Below, in pieces: positions 35,563 to 45,041 of a stretch of 64,000 nt of DNA. Below the pieces are notes generated by a model. The model searched no databases. It saw nothing but the letters and a program-made list of their open reading frames with translations, and was not told the DNA's origin. Position 1 is the first letter of the stretch; every line of letters begins with the position of its first letter. The DNA lies in IMG/VR virus record IMGVR_UViG_3300044712_002706, positions 12,663 to 76,662 of that record; one strand, 5' to 3'. Position numbers and translations under genes: made by a program. This stretch comes from a virus.

Positions 35563-36313
35563 GACACGCCGCTTATTACTGCACCGGAACGGGCCGGCCT
35601 TATGGCCTGAGCACAAGCCCCTCCACGAAGTGCTTGGCCTGATGAGTGAAACCCCGGAGACGGTCTGGGAAACCACCTACCAGGGAAACCCGACTCCGCC
35701 CGCGGGCACTGTCTTTCGCCGGGAGTGGTGGCGAGAGTCCAACCGCTACGACGCGGCGGATCGGTCGCATCTTGCGCAGTGTGTGGCCCGCTGGATTTCG
35801 TGGGACACCGGTCTGAAGGACGCCGACGGCAACGCTTATACGGCTGGCGTGGTGGGCGAGTTGTGGCCCGATTACCGGATGGCCGTGCGTGAGATTTACC
35901 GGGAGCGTTTGCAGTTCCCGGATTTGCCGCCCAAGATTGAATGGCTTGCGCGCAAGCACAATGCCGATGGAAAACTGCGGGGAGTGATCATCGAAGACAA
36001 GGCGAGCGGCATCAGCGCTTATCAAACGCTGCGGGCAAGCGCAAATGACTGGCTGGCCGACATCTTGATCGCCTTCGAGCCAAACGGCGACAAGATTGTG
36101 CGGGCCAACCAGGCGGCGGTGTGGTGTAAGAATGGATGTGTTCTTTTACCCTGGCCGGGCATGAGCGTGCCCTGGCTGGTGGACTTTGAAGACGAGCTGT
36201 TCAACTTTCCGGGCAGTTCGTTCATGGATCAGGTGGATGCCTTTGATCAACTGATCCTGTATACCGAGAACCTGCTGGCCGAGGGCTGGCGGGCAAGAAA
36301 AGGCAGTAACTAG
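35555..36313 (+). CDS. Terminase large subunit, nuclease part
   Basis: ALWPE, YQGNP, ISWDTG, IEDKASG, DKIVRA, FP...DQVDA. Confidence 0.85.
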   Translation: MAETRRLLLHRNGPALWPEHKPLHEVLGLMSETPETVWETTYQGNPTPPAGTVFRREWWRESNRYDAADRSHLAQCVARWISWDTGLKDADGNAYTAGVVGELWPDYRMAVREIYRERLQFPDLPPKIEWLARKHNADGKLRGVIIEDKASGISAYQTLRASANDWLADILIAFEPNGDKIVRANQAAVWCKNGCVLLPWPGMSVPWLVDFEDELFNFPGSSFMDQVDAFDQLILYTENLLAEGWRARKGSN

Positions 36314-36322
36314 GAGGCCGAT

Positions 36323-36694
36323 ATGGCAAAGACTGTACATGACGATGTTTTGGATGGTGCCCTGGCAATCATCCGCGGCAACTGTAACCTGATGGTGGCG
36401 TGCAGCGCACAACCTACCACGCGGGCCGAGGCCGTGACGACCTACGCCCTGGCCGACGTGGCGATGACGCCGACCACGGATTTCACAATCTCGGACGGCG
36501 ACGTGAGCGGGCGCAAGGTACGAACGGCGGCCAAGAGCGGTGTGACCGTGGATGCCAACGGCACGGCCACCTACATTGCGCTGGTCGATGGTACGCGCCT
36601 GCTGGCCGTGACCACCTGCACCAGCCAGGTGCTGACGGCTGGCAATACGGTGGATTTCCCGGCCTTCGATTTCGAGATCGCAGACCCAACCTAA
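36323..36694 (+). CDS. Virion structural protein (fibre-module anchor-like)
   Basis: AGGAGG RBS; Thr/Ala/Val-rich beta pattern. Confidence 0.6.
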   Translation: MAKTVHDDVLDGALAIIRGNCNLMVACSAQPTTRAEAVTTYALADVAMTPTTDFTISDGDVSGRKVRTAAKSGVTVDANGTATYIALVDGTRLLAVTTCTSQVLTAGNTVDFPAFDFEIADPT

Positions 36695-36706
36695 CAGGAG
36701 GCTGAT

Positions 36707-36994
36707 ATGGCCGCATTACCGACTGCATCACGCGTGCAAATCTGGCGCGGTCTGATGCGCTTTTGGTCTGAGTTACGGGAGACCGTGACTACCGTCACGA
36801 AGTCCGATCTGCAAGCTGCCGTGAACGCTGCCGATGACTGGGTAGATGCCAATGCGGCTAGCTTCAACACGGCGCTGCCGGCCACGTTTCGCGCCAACGC
36901 CAGCACGTCACAAAAGTCTCTGCTATTGGTCGCTGTGGTGTTGATGCGCTTCAACGTCGAATTGCTCAAACGAGTGTTCGGGGAGGTGGACTGA
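36707..36994 (+). CDS. Hypothetical phage protein
   Basis: AGGAGG RBS. Confidence 0.65.
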   Translation: MAALPTASRVQIWRGLMRFWSELRETVTTVTKSDLQAAVNAADDWVDANAASFNTALPATFRANASTSQKSLLLVAVVLMRFNVELLKRVFGEVD

Positions 36995-37485
36995 TGGCCA
37001 ATACACGCGCTGTATTTTCCGCATTGGCTGCTGTTTTCCCGGCGGCTAACTTTCCGCAGTTGCTGCTGGTCAATCGCCGTCCTGTGCTTGCCTTCGACGC
37101 TGGCACGGCGGAGACGTGCTATTTTGAGACCGTTGCCCCGCAAGGGCTAAACGGCACTCAAAATATGATCGTGCACTATTTTATGGCAAGCGCTACCAGT
37201 GGAAAAATTGACTTCGAAGTCGCCGTGGAATCGGTGACGCCTGGTGATGCGCTCGACCTGGACGCGGCCGAATCGTTCGATACGGCGAATGGAATCACAG
37301 CCCCGACTGTGCCAGGCACAGCCGGGTACGAGTCGTCATTCACATGCACGCTTACCAACGTGGATGGCATGGCGGCTGGAGACCACGTTCGTTTCTCGCT
37401 CAAACGAGATGCAACTGACGGCACGAACGACACAGCCACCGGCGACTGCTACGTTTACAAGGTCGAGTGGAGAGACGCTGTATAA
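36994..37485 (+). CDS. Putative virion beta-sandwich protein
   Basis: GGAGG RBS; coupled to upstream gene. Confidence 0.6.
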   Translation: MANTRAVFSALAAVFPAANFPQLLLVNRRPVLAFDAGTAETCYFETVAPQGLNGTQNMIVHYFMASATSGKIDFEVAVESVTPGDALDLDAAESFDTANGITAPTVPGTAGYESSFTCTLTNVDGMAAGDHVRFSLKRDATDGTNDTATGDCYVYKVEWRDAV

Positions 37486-39288
37486 ATGGCAATTCGGTTT
37501 GACGCTCTAGCCGACTATATATACAGGACTACCAGCCTGCCATCGCTCACAACACATACCTGGATGGCCTGGGTCTATATTGCCGTAGACCAGAACGCCG
37601 CCAGCGATATGTGGTTGTTCCTGGATGGCGCAGGAGGGTATTTCACGCTCGGAACAGCGTCGGATGGAACCACATTACGAGTTGTCAGTTCGACGGTGTC
37701 GGAAACTACTGGAACTAACCTGTCAACCGGCACCTGGTATCACATCGCCCTTGTAAAGAGCGGATCAAGTGTGTCGGTGTATGTAGACGGCAATCTTGAC
37801 ATCGGCAGAACGGAATCGGTGTCTTTTACGCCGGCTTACATCGTCATGGGGTCAAACTCTGTCAGTCAATATCTCAACGGTCGAGTTGACGATGTAAAAA
37901 TCTGGTCTGGTGTTGCACTGACCCAGGCTGAGATACAGCAGGAAATGGTTATTAAGCGGCTGGTGCGCACGGATGGCATCAACGGTTTTTATCCAACATT
38001 TCCCGGCGCAAGTGAACGCCTGCTGGATTACAGTGGTTTAGGTCGAAACTGGTCGGCAGGCGGCACGCTGACCGACGAAGACCCGCCACCAGTTAGTTGG
38101 GGAAGCCCTGACCCGATTGTACTTGTGGCCGTGGCGACATTGGTTGTCCAGGATGCAGCCAGCGCCAGCACGCTCGATAATGCCGCGCTGACCCAACACC
38201 ATGCCCTGGCTATCGCCGACGGCGCAAGTGCATCGGCTCTGGACAATGCTGCACTGACACAGCACCACCATCTGGCTGTGGCGGATGCGGCCAGTGGTGC
38301 AGCCCTCGATGGTGTTGCTTTGACCCAACACCACGTGCTGACGATTGGTGATGCTGCCAGCGGGACGGCGCTCGATAATGCCGCCCTGACCCAGCACCAC
38401 CGATTGGCGATCAACGACGCAGCCAGCGCCAGCACGTTGGATAATGCGGCGCTGACCCAGCATCATCAGATTGCTATTCAGGATGCCAGTAGCAGCACGA
38501 CCCTGGATCAGGTCAGCCTTACCCAGCATCACCAATTAGCTGCCCAGGATGCGGGCAGCGCCAGTGCCCTCGATGGCGTAACGCTGGCCCAACACCATGT
38601 GCTGGCCGTCGCAGACGAAACCAGCGCGACGGCGTTGGATAATGCCGATCTGACGCAGCACCACCATCTGACCGTAGCAGATGCGGAATGTCCATCAGCG
38701 TTGGATGGCGTATCCCTGGCCCAGCACCACGTGTTGGCGGTCGGAGATGCGACTTGCGGCACGGCCCTGGATAATGTCACCCTGGTGATTGCAGGGCAGC
38801 TTGTGGTGGATGATCTGACGGCTGCCACGGCCCTGGAGCCGGTCTCGCTAACTCAGCATCACACGTTGGCAATTAGCGATGCCGTAAGTGGCGCATCCCT
38901 GGACAATGTTACCCTGGCGGTCGCAGGCCATCTTGACGTAGACGAACTGGTATCTGCAACATCCCTGGACACAGTGACGCTCGCTCAGCAGCACCGGCTT
39001 GTGACCCAGGATATGGCGAGCGCATCCACCCTGGATAATGTCACGCTCCTGGGCACCACCACCACCCTGGCGATTGATGATGCGGACTGTGCCACGACGC
39101 TCGAAACGGTTACGTTTGAGATAACGGTCATCGTCACGCTGTACGCTCGTGACCTGGCCGTGACGCTCGAAGAGCGCAACCTGGCCGCCACCTTTTACGC
39201 TCGCAACCTGGCTGAGACACTCGACGAGCGCAACCTGGATGTCGATCTGCCGGGCCGACGCCTGGCATTCACACTGGAGGAACGATGA
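37486..39288 (+). CDS. LamG/concanavalin-like domain plus His-containing repeat fibre protein
   Basis: WYHIALV..VYVDG..LNGRVDDVKIW, then many about 21-22-aa repeats LAxxDAxSxxxLDNxxLTQHH. Confidence 0.8.
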   Translation: MAIRFDALADYIYRTTSLPSLTTHTWMAWVYIAVDQNAASDMWLFLDGAGGYFTLGTASDGTTLRVVSSTVSETTGTNLSTGTWYHIALVKSGSSVSVYVDGNLDIGRTESVSFTPAYIVMGSNSVSQYLNGRVDDVKIWSGVALTQAEIQQEMVIKRLVRTDGINGFYPTFPGASERLLDYSGLGRNWSAGGTLTDEDPPPVSWGSPDPIVLVAVATLVVQDAASASTLDNAALTQHHALAIADGASASALDNAALTQHHHLAVADAASGAALDGVALTQHHVLTIGDAASGTALDNAALTQHHRLAINDAASASTLDNAALTQHHQIAIQDASSSTTLDQVSLTQHHQLAAQDAGSASALDGVTLAQHHVLAVADETSATALDNADLTQHHHLTVADAECPSALDGVSLAQHHVLAVGDATCGTALDNVTLVIAGQLVVDDLTAATALEPVSLTQHHTLAISDAVSGASLDNVTLAVAGHLDVDELVSATSLDTVTLAQQHRLVTQDMASASTLDNVTLLGTTTTLAIDDADCATTLETVTFEITVIVTLYARDLAVTLEERNLAATFYARNLAETLDERNLDVDLPGRRLAFTLEER

Positions 39289-39599
39289 TAAATCAACGGG
39301 CGATTACGCAAGGCGAACTGGATCAAGGCGTATTAGAACGCGTGGTCTATACCTGCACCGTCCCGGCGACCTGGGGAACGCCTGTCACTGCGACGTTTAC
39401 GGCGTATGACATCACCACAGGCGACCCGGTCAACGTTAGCCAGGCTATTCTGGCTGGGGCCGGTACGGCGGTGGGCAGCGAAATTACCACGCCGGCGGTG
39501 CATAGCCTGACGCTGAACCACAAATACGAGCTGCATTGCACGTTTACCACGGCGACCAGCACACTCGATTTCATCATCCCGATCAAGGCGACGAGGTAG
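39285..39599 (+). CDS. Small Ig-like phage protein
   Basis: GGAGG RBS; ATGA overlap; beta-rich. Confidence 0.55.
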   Translation: MINQRAITQGELDQGVLERVVYTCTVPATWGTPVTATFTAYDITTGDPVNVSQAILAGAGTAVGSEITTPAVHSLTLNHKYELHCTFTTATSTLDFIIPIKATR

Positions 39600-39601
39600 A
39601 T

Positions 39602-40414
39602 ATGCGTCATCTTTCTGAAAATATCTGGTTCAGTTGGCAGAACTTGAGCGAAAAGAAGCCAAAGCAGCCATTGTGGAAAAATGGCCGGGCATGGTTGCAC
39701 ATCGCCGAGAAGTGCGTCACGATTGAATGGAATGTTGGTAAAGGTTGGCCGTTGGCCCACATTAATATTGGCGGCGGAGATGGAGATAACAAAATCTCTT
39801 TATCTCTATCATTCCCGTTTATCGGTTTTTACCACATTGCCTTCGAAGGCTTTGTTCCGCGTAAATACTTCCCGAAGGTATACCGCAAAAACTACGCACA
39901 CCCGGGCGAGATGTGGAACGCTCCGGTCGAACGCCAGATCGGTATTTCTATCAATGACGGTTATGTGTTCATTTCGTTGTGGGAAAACCCCGATGAGTGG
40001 AATAAGACAGATCCGTGGTGGTGGAAATTCTCGTTCAATCCGGCTGATATCATCCTGGGCCACCAGAAATACAGCGAGAAAGAGCTTCTGACAACAACGG
40101 AGATGATTCCGCTTCCAGAAGCGTCGTATGCTGCCACAGTACGTATCGTGGAGTCAAAGTGGAAACGACCTCGCTGGCCGTGGCCAATGCGCATGCTGCG
40201 GGCCAAGATTACGCCATCCAACCCAATCCCAACCCACGCAGGAAAAGGGGAGAATTCCTGGGATTTGGACGACGATTACCTATATGACATGACCTGCCAA
40301 GCGAACACGCCCAAAGAAGCTGCTCAAAAGGTCGCCGACTCAGTTATGCGAGAGCGACGTCGGTATGGTTTACCAGATTGTCTGGAAGGAATTGGGTATG
40401 CGCCAAGTTTCTGA
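39602..40414 (+). CDS. Hypothetical Trp-rich protein (moron-like)
   Basis: GAGG RBS; lower GC than flanks. Confidence 0.6.
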   Translation: MRHLSENIWFSWQNLSEKKPKQPLWKNGRAWLHIAEKCVTIEWNVGKGWPLAHINIGGGDGDNKISLSLSFPFIGFYHIAFEGFVPRKYFPKVYRKNYAHPGEMWNAPVERQIGISINDGYVFISLWENPDEWNKTDPWWWKFSFNPADIILGHQKYSEKELLTTTEMIPLPEASYAATVRIVESKWKRPRWPWPMRMLRAKITPSNPIPTHAGKGENSWDLDDDYLYDMTCQANTPKEAAQKVADSVMRERRRYGLPDCLEGIGYAPSF

Positions 40415-40799
40415 TTGGATGCTCAAACACATACAAGATGCCCGCTCTTTATTTGGCGTAGGCGGTGCCGAGTGGCACATCACGGCCAAGCTGACCGATA
40501 AGCCACTGGGCACCGATGAGTGCAACGGAAGCGTGACCGTAGATGCCACCTACCTGAACGCTACCATCGAGCTGCACGAAGACCTGGAAGACAACGATGT
40601 CGCCAGAGATTCTGTCTACCATGAGGTGCTGCACATCCCGCACGAGGAGATCGATCACCTGGTGGCCGGCATCATTGGCGAGCTGCCTGCCGATGTTCGG
40701 GATCGGTATGACACGCTTTATCACGAGACGGTGGAACGCTTCGTTCAGCGCGTGAGCCGTAGCATTTGCGCAGGATTGCGCAAGGAGTCCGACGAATGA
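40398..40799 (+). CDS. Small HExxH metallopeptidase-like protein
   Basis: VYHEVLH motif. Confidence 0.55.
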   Translation: MRQVSDWMLKHIQDARSLFGVGGAEWHITAKLTDKPLGTDECNGSVTVDATYLNATIELHEDLEDNDVARDSVYHEVLHIPHEEIDHLVAGIIGELPADVRDRYDTLYHETVERFVQRVSRSICAGLRKESDE

Positions 40800-42403
40800 A
40801 CCTGTGGACACAGAACGCAAACACAACCTGGATTGCTGCCGAACTGGCCCGCCAGTCGGCCTACCAGCCCACGCCGGCGGCAATGTACATGATGCTGGAA
40901 ATGTACTACAACAACAACGGCCTGTATGACGCCATCCAGCAAGAGCTGTATGCACAGGCCATCTGGACGCCCGGCATGAAGGGGCTGCGCAACCCGGCCC
41001 ATCGGATTGTCGAGTTTTACCCGTCCAAAATCTGGCCGGGCACACTACCCGATGCGCTGCCCATCCTGACCGATAACCCGGAGATTGTCGAACCCATCCA
41101 GCAGGGCTGGACATGGTCGAACTTCGGGGCCAAGAAGCAATTGGCGGCCAGGTGGTTCTCGATGTTCGGGGATTGGTTCGTCAAAGTGCCAACGCATAGC
41201 GATTCCAATGGTGTGGTAGATCGGGTGTACCAGCAGCAAATCAAGCCTGAATACGTGACCGACTTCGACGAAGACGAGCGCGGCTTTATCAACTATATTC
41301 GCATCGACATTCCGATGTCGGAACGCGATGAAGCTGGTCAGACCGTTGTTTATACCCATACCGAAGTGTGGGATAAAGCGGCGGGAACTTACCGAACCTG
41401 GAAGAACGAGCAAGGGGCGTCGGCCAGCGTTGACCAGCTCGGCACTCCGGCGGTGTCGCGGGAGATCGCCGAGTTCGGCATTGATTTCGTGCCGTTTGTG
41501 CATGCGATGTTCCAGGACGTGGGAGACAAGCGCGGCGTTGGGGCCTTCGTGCATTCACTCGACAAGATCGACGAAGTGAACCGCCAGGCGACCCGGCTGC
41601 ACCAGCTTATCTTCCGCTACAACAAAGCCACCTTGGTGGCATCGGCCAACGATAAGGACGCCCAGGGACGACCATTGCCAGCTCCTAAAATTGGCGATAG
41701 CGCCGGGAAGTTGGCGCTGGGCGACGATGATATCCTGCTGATGCCTGGCATGAGCAAGCTCGATAGCATGGTGCCGCCGATCAACTACGAAGCCCACCTG
41801 AAGGCCATCGATGCCCAGCTCGGTGAGCTGGAGACCGACCAGCCCGAGCTGCTCTACTACCGCCTGAAGGAGATAGGCAGCGGTGACATATCTGGGCGGG
41901 CGCTGCGCACGCTGCTTTCGGCGGCCAATGATAAGGTGCTGGAAGCACGCGGCAACATGGAGACGGCGCTGATTCGGGCCGATCAGATGATGCTGACCAT
42001 CGGCGTCAATGCTGGCCTGTTCCCGGCCAACATTGGCAAATACGAGAATGGCGACTTCGATCACCGCTTTGCCAATCGGGATGTGTTCCCGCTTTCAGAT
42101 ATTGACGTGGCCGAAGTGGTCAAGGCGGACGTGGACGCCGGCATCCCGCTGGTGACGTCATTGCGCAAGCGTGGCTGGAGCGAAGCCGATATCAAAGAGA
42201 TGGAGAAAGATAAGGCAAAGGAAAAGAAAGCGAATGCGGCAAGCCTTGGCCAGGCGCTGCTGAATGCGCAGCGCAACTTCGACGCCGGCGGACAATCTTT
42301 GGATGACCCCGCAACAGGGAACCCTGCGGCGGGTAACGCTGCACGAGACGTAAACAGCACGGTAGGAAACGGCATCGTAGACGAGGCCGAAAACCATGCC
42401 TGA
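40796..42403 (+). CDS. Portal protein
   Basis: 535 aa; FGIDFVPFVH, DISGRALR; position before the minor head protein. Confidence 0.8.
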   Translation: MNLWTQNANTTWIAAELARQSAYQPTPAAMYMMLEMYYNNNGLYDAIQQELYAQAIWTPGMKGLRNPAHRIVEFYPSKIWPGTLPDALPILTDNPEIVEPIQQGWTWSNFGAKKQLAARWFSMFGDWFVKVPTHSDSNGVVDRVYQQQIKPEYVTDFDEDERGFINYIRIDIPMSERDEAGQTVVYTHTEVWDKAAGTYRTWKNEQGASASVDQLGTPAVSREIAEFGIDFVPFVHAMFQDVGDKRGVGAFVHSLDKIDEVNRQATRLHQLIFRYNKATLVASANDKDAQGRPLPAPKIGDSAGKLALGDDDILLMPGMSKLDSMVPPINYEAHLKAIDAQLGELETDQPELLYYRLKEIGSGDISGRALRTLLSAANDKVLEARGNMETALIRADQMMLTIGVNAGLFPANIGKYENGDFDHRFANRDVFPLSDIDVAEVVKADVDAGIPLVTSLRKRGWSEADIKEMEKDKAKEKKANAASLGQALLNAQRNFDAGGQSLDDPATGNPAAGNAARDVNSTVGNGIVDEAENHA

Positions 42404-43367
42404 CCCCCTGGTGGTAAGCATGGCTCAACAGTTTCGAGACGCCCTCCTGCGCCGCGAGGCCGTCCAGATGCAGGAGATGGCGACGCGCTGGCTGCAGGTG
42501 GAGCGGGTTCTCGACCTGGCGTTTACAGCGCTGGCCTTCGAAGCCCAGACGAGCGGCCCGCTGAGCGAGGCGAAGCTGGCGAAGATGGAACGCTACCAGG
42601 CCATGTTGGCCCAGGTGCAAAGCGAACTGGCCCGCTACAACCAGTATGCGGCCACGACGATGACGGCTGAGCAAGGAATGAACCTGACCCAAGGCATCGA
42701 GGACGGTAACGCTTTGCTGGCTGCTGCTGGGGCGACGCCTGGCTATCGGATTTCAATGGCGGCGGTGGAGTACGCTGCCGGCTTCGCCGGCGATGGCACG
42801 CCGCTGTATAAGCTCTTGCAGGACGGTTACGGGGAGACGGCAGCGGCGATCACGCAGCAGCTCATCACGGGCGTGGCGATGGGGATCAACCCAATCGCCA
42901 ACGCCCGCAGGATGCGGGATGCCTTCGGGATGTCTTTTGACCGCAGCTTGTTAATTGCCCGCACCGAGCAGATCAGGCCATACCGCATGGCGAGCCTGGG
43001 GCAATACAAGGAGAGCGGCGTAGTGGCCGGATATCGGCGGGTAGCAGCGAAAAGCCTGCGCACGTGCATCGCTTGCCTGATTGCCGATGGGCGGTTCTAC
43101 CCGCTGGACGTTCCCTTCGAAGAGCATCCGCAAGGAAGATGCACGCCGATCCCGGTAGTGATTGGGATGCCAGAGATTAAATACGAGACCGGCAAGACGT
43201 GGTTTTTGAAACAGGGCGATAACGTACAACGCCAACTGATGGGTGCGGGGAAATTCTCCGCATGGAAGGATGGCAAATTCGACCTGGAGCAGATTGTCAA
43301 ACTGCACGAGGATGAGACGTGGGGCAATAGCCTGGTGCCCACGCCGCTTGCCGATTTACTAGAATAA
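42396..43367 (+). CDS. Minor capsid/head morphogenesis protein (MuF/SPP1 gp7-like)
   Basis: IARTE, RTCIAC..DGR, HPQGRCT. Confidence 0.85.
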   Translation: MPDPLVVSMAQQFRDALLRREAVQMQEMATRWLQVERVLDLAFTALAFEAQTSGPLSEAKLAKMERYQAMLAQVQSELARYNQYAATTMTAEQGMNLTQGIEDGNALLAAAGATPGYRISMAAVEYAAGFAGDGTPLYKLLQDGYGETAAAITQQLITGVAMGINPIANARRMRDAFGMSFDRSLLIARTEQIRPYRMASLGQYKESGVVAGYRRVAAKSLRTCIACLIADGRFYPLDVPFEEHPQGRCTPIPVVIGMPEIKYETGKTWFLKQGDNVQRQLMGAGKFSAWKDGKFDLEQIVKLHEDETWGNSLVPTPLADLLE

Positions 43368-43373
43368 ATAATC

Positions 43374-43479
43374 TGCTATAATCAATTTAAGCCTACTATG
43401 CGTAGGCATTCGACCCTAGAGCACTGGGTATCCAGCGGGGTCGCTCACAGTTTATTCTGTGAGCGACCCCGCTTTTTTT
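43374..43479 (+). promoter_or_regulatory. Late promoter plus antiterminator/terminator leader, copy 2
   Basis: TGcTATAAT, same architecture as copy 1, with compensatory stem changes. Confidence 0.85.
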
Positions 43480-43528
43480 GTGCCCATTACGCCCCCGGGA
43501 GCGGCAATCTCGGAAAGGAAAATAGACG

Positions 43529-44215
43529 ATGTTGTTCAAGCCCAAATCAGGATTGTGGTTCGCACCCAGCACGGACAACGCCACCGGGACATCACCCGTT
43601 CAGACACCGGATACAACGCCGCCGGCTGAGCCAGGTGGGTCGAACGGCGGAGCAACTGGGCCACAAGCTACCGCGCCGGCGTCACCGGCGGCGACCGCCA
43701 AGCCGCTGACGTTTGAGAGCGAAGAGAAGCTGGAGAGATACATCGAGGATGCTCTGAAAGAGCGCTTGGAGCGTGCACAGAAGAAGGCCGATAAACTGGC
43801 CGCAGAAGCCCGCGAGAAGGCCGAAGCCGATGCTGCCGTCAAAAACGGCGAGTGGCAGAAGTTGGCCGAAACACGCGAGAGCAAGCTCAAAGAACTTTCG
43901 GCGCAGCTCGAAACCATCCCCGGATTACAGACCAAAGCTGAGCGTTACGAGAAGGCACTCAACGCCTACCTGGCGACGCAGCGCTCTGGACTGCCAGCAC
44001 ACGTGACCGTGCTGCTGGATAAGCTCGACCCGGTGGATCAGCTCGAATACATCGCCAAAAACCGTGAAGCGCTCAGCCAAAACGTGAGCATTGCGAACGC
44101 TGGCAGCGCCCACATCCCACCCACGCCCACTGCGGGAAACCCAGGCCAGATCACATCTGAACAGATGAACCAGGCCCGGCAAGCGCAGCTGGCGCGGACA
44201 AAGAGTAATTTTTAG
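43529..44215 (+). CDS. Capsid scaffolding protein
   Basis: Low-complexity N-terminus, RLERAQKK coiled coil, GEWQKLAE. Confidence 0.75.
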   Translation: MLFKPKSGLWFAPSTDNATGTSPVQTPDTTPPAEPGGSNGGATGPQATAPASPAATAKPLTFESEEKLERYIEDALKERLERAQKKADKLAAEAREKAEADAAVKNGEWQKLAETRESKLKELSAQLETIPGLQTKAERYEKALNAYLATQRSGLPAHVTVLLDKLDPVDQLEYIAKNREALSQNVSIANAGSAHIPPTPTAGNPGQITSEQMNQARQAQLARTKSNF

Positions 44216-44230
44216 TAACAGGAGTATTCC

Positions 44231-45031
44231 ATGACTGATTTAGCGTTAGTCACTGCAAACCGCCTGTATCTGGTTGAAAGTCTGGAGCAGATGACCCTGC
44301 CCGCTGTGGAAGCGATTGTGGCGGGCCAGTCTGTTCGGATCGACACCAGCACAGGCAAGTTCACCAAAGCCAATGGCACCACGGCCGCAGAAAAGCGGGC
44401 GTATGGCATGGCACTCAAGACCGTGGCCGCCGGGCAGCCGGTGACGGCGGTTCGTAAGGGTGTGGTAGATGGGTACGATTTATCGGGCCTGGCCTACGAC
44501 GCCGATGTATATTTGTCGGATACCGATGGAATGCCGGCGGACGCCGCAGGCACCGTCGAGCGGAAAATCGCCAAGGTTATCCCAGCCTTTGCCACCACCC
44601 TGGGAACGGCGGCAGATAAACTGCTGCGCGTGGATTACAACGAAGGCGAGCAATCGCAGGTATTGGTTGTCACCAGTGAATTACTGGCAGCCAGCGTGGA
44701 TAAGTGGATGTTCGTAGCCGACCGCCCTTACCAGGTGACCGGCGTCCGTGAAATCCATAGCGTTGTTGGCGGGTCCGGCGCAGTGGTACGCCCTCGCAAG
44801 GTGACCGCTGCCGGAACCGACGCCCCCGGTGCTGCAGCTGGCACGACCGTGAAGGAATTGACCGCCGCCGACATCGGCCTGGAAACCACCATCAACACCA
44901 CCCAAAGCCCGGCGCTTTCGGCCACCGCTGCCGACCTGCTGTTGGCCGCCGGTGACAAAATCGGCCTGAACCTGGGCGGCACATTGACCGGCTTGGTGGG
45001 GAGCATCTCCATCATCCTGAAGGCGCTGTAG
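44231..45031 (+). CDS. Head decoration/cement protein
   Basis: AVEAIVAGQSV, GMALKTVAAGQPV, VYLSDTDG; precedes the capsid gene. Confidence 0.65.
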   Translation: MTDLALVTANRLYLVESLEQMTLPAVEAIVAGQSVRIDTSTGKFTKANGTTAAEKRAYGMALKTVAAGQPVTAVRKGVVDGYDLSGLAYDADVYLSDTDGMPADAAGTVERKIAKVIPAFATTLGTAADKLLRVDYNEGEQSQVLVVTSELLAASVDKWMFVADRPYQVTGVREIHSVVGGSGAVVRPRKVTAAGTDAPGAAAGTTVKELTAADIGLETTINTTQSPALSATAADLLLAAGDKIGLNLGGTLTGLVGSISIILKAL

Positions 45032-45041
45032 GAGGCACATC

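Noticed and set aside
37486..39288. Periodic DNA repeats as a CRISPR array
   Set aside because: The repeats are degenerate and in-frame, encode the TQHH protein repeat, and have no unique spacers or cas genes.
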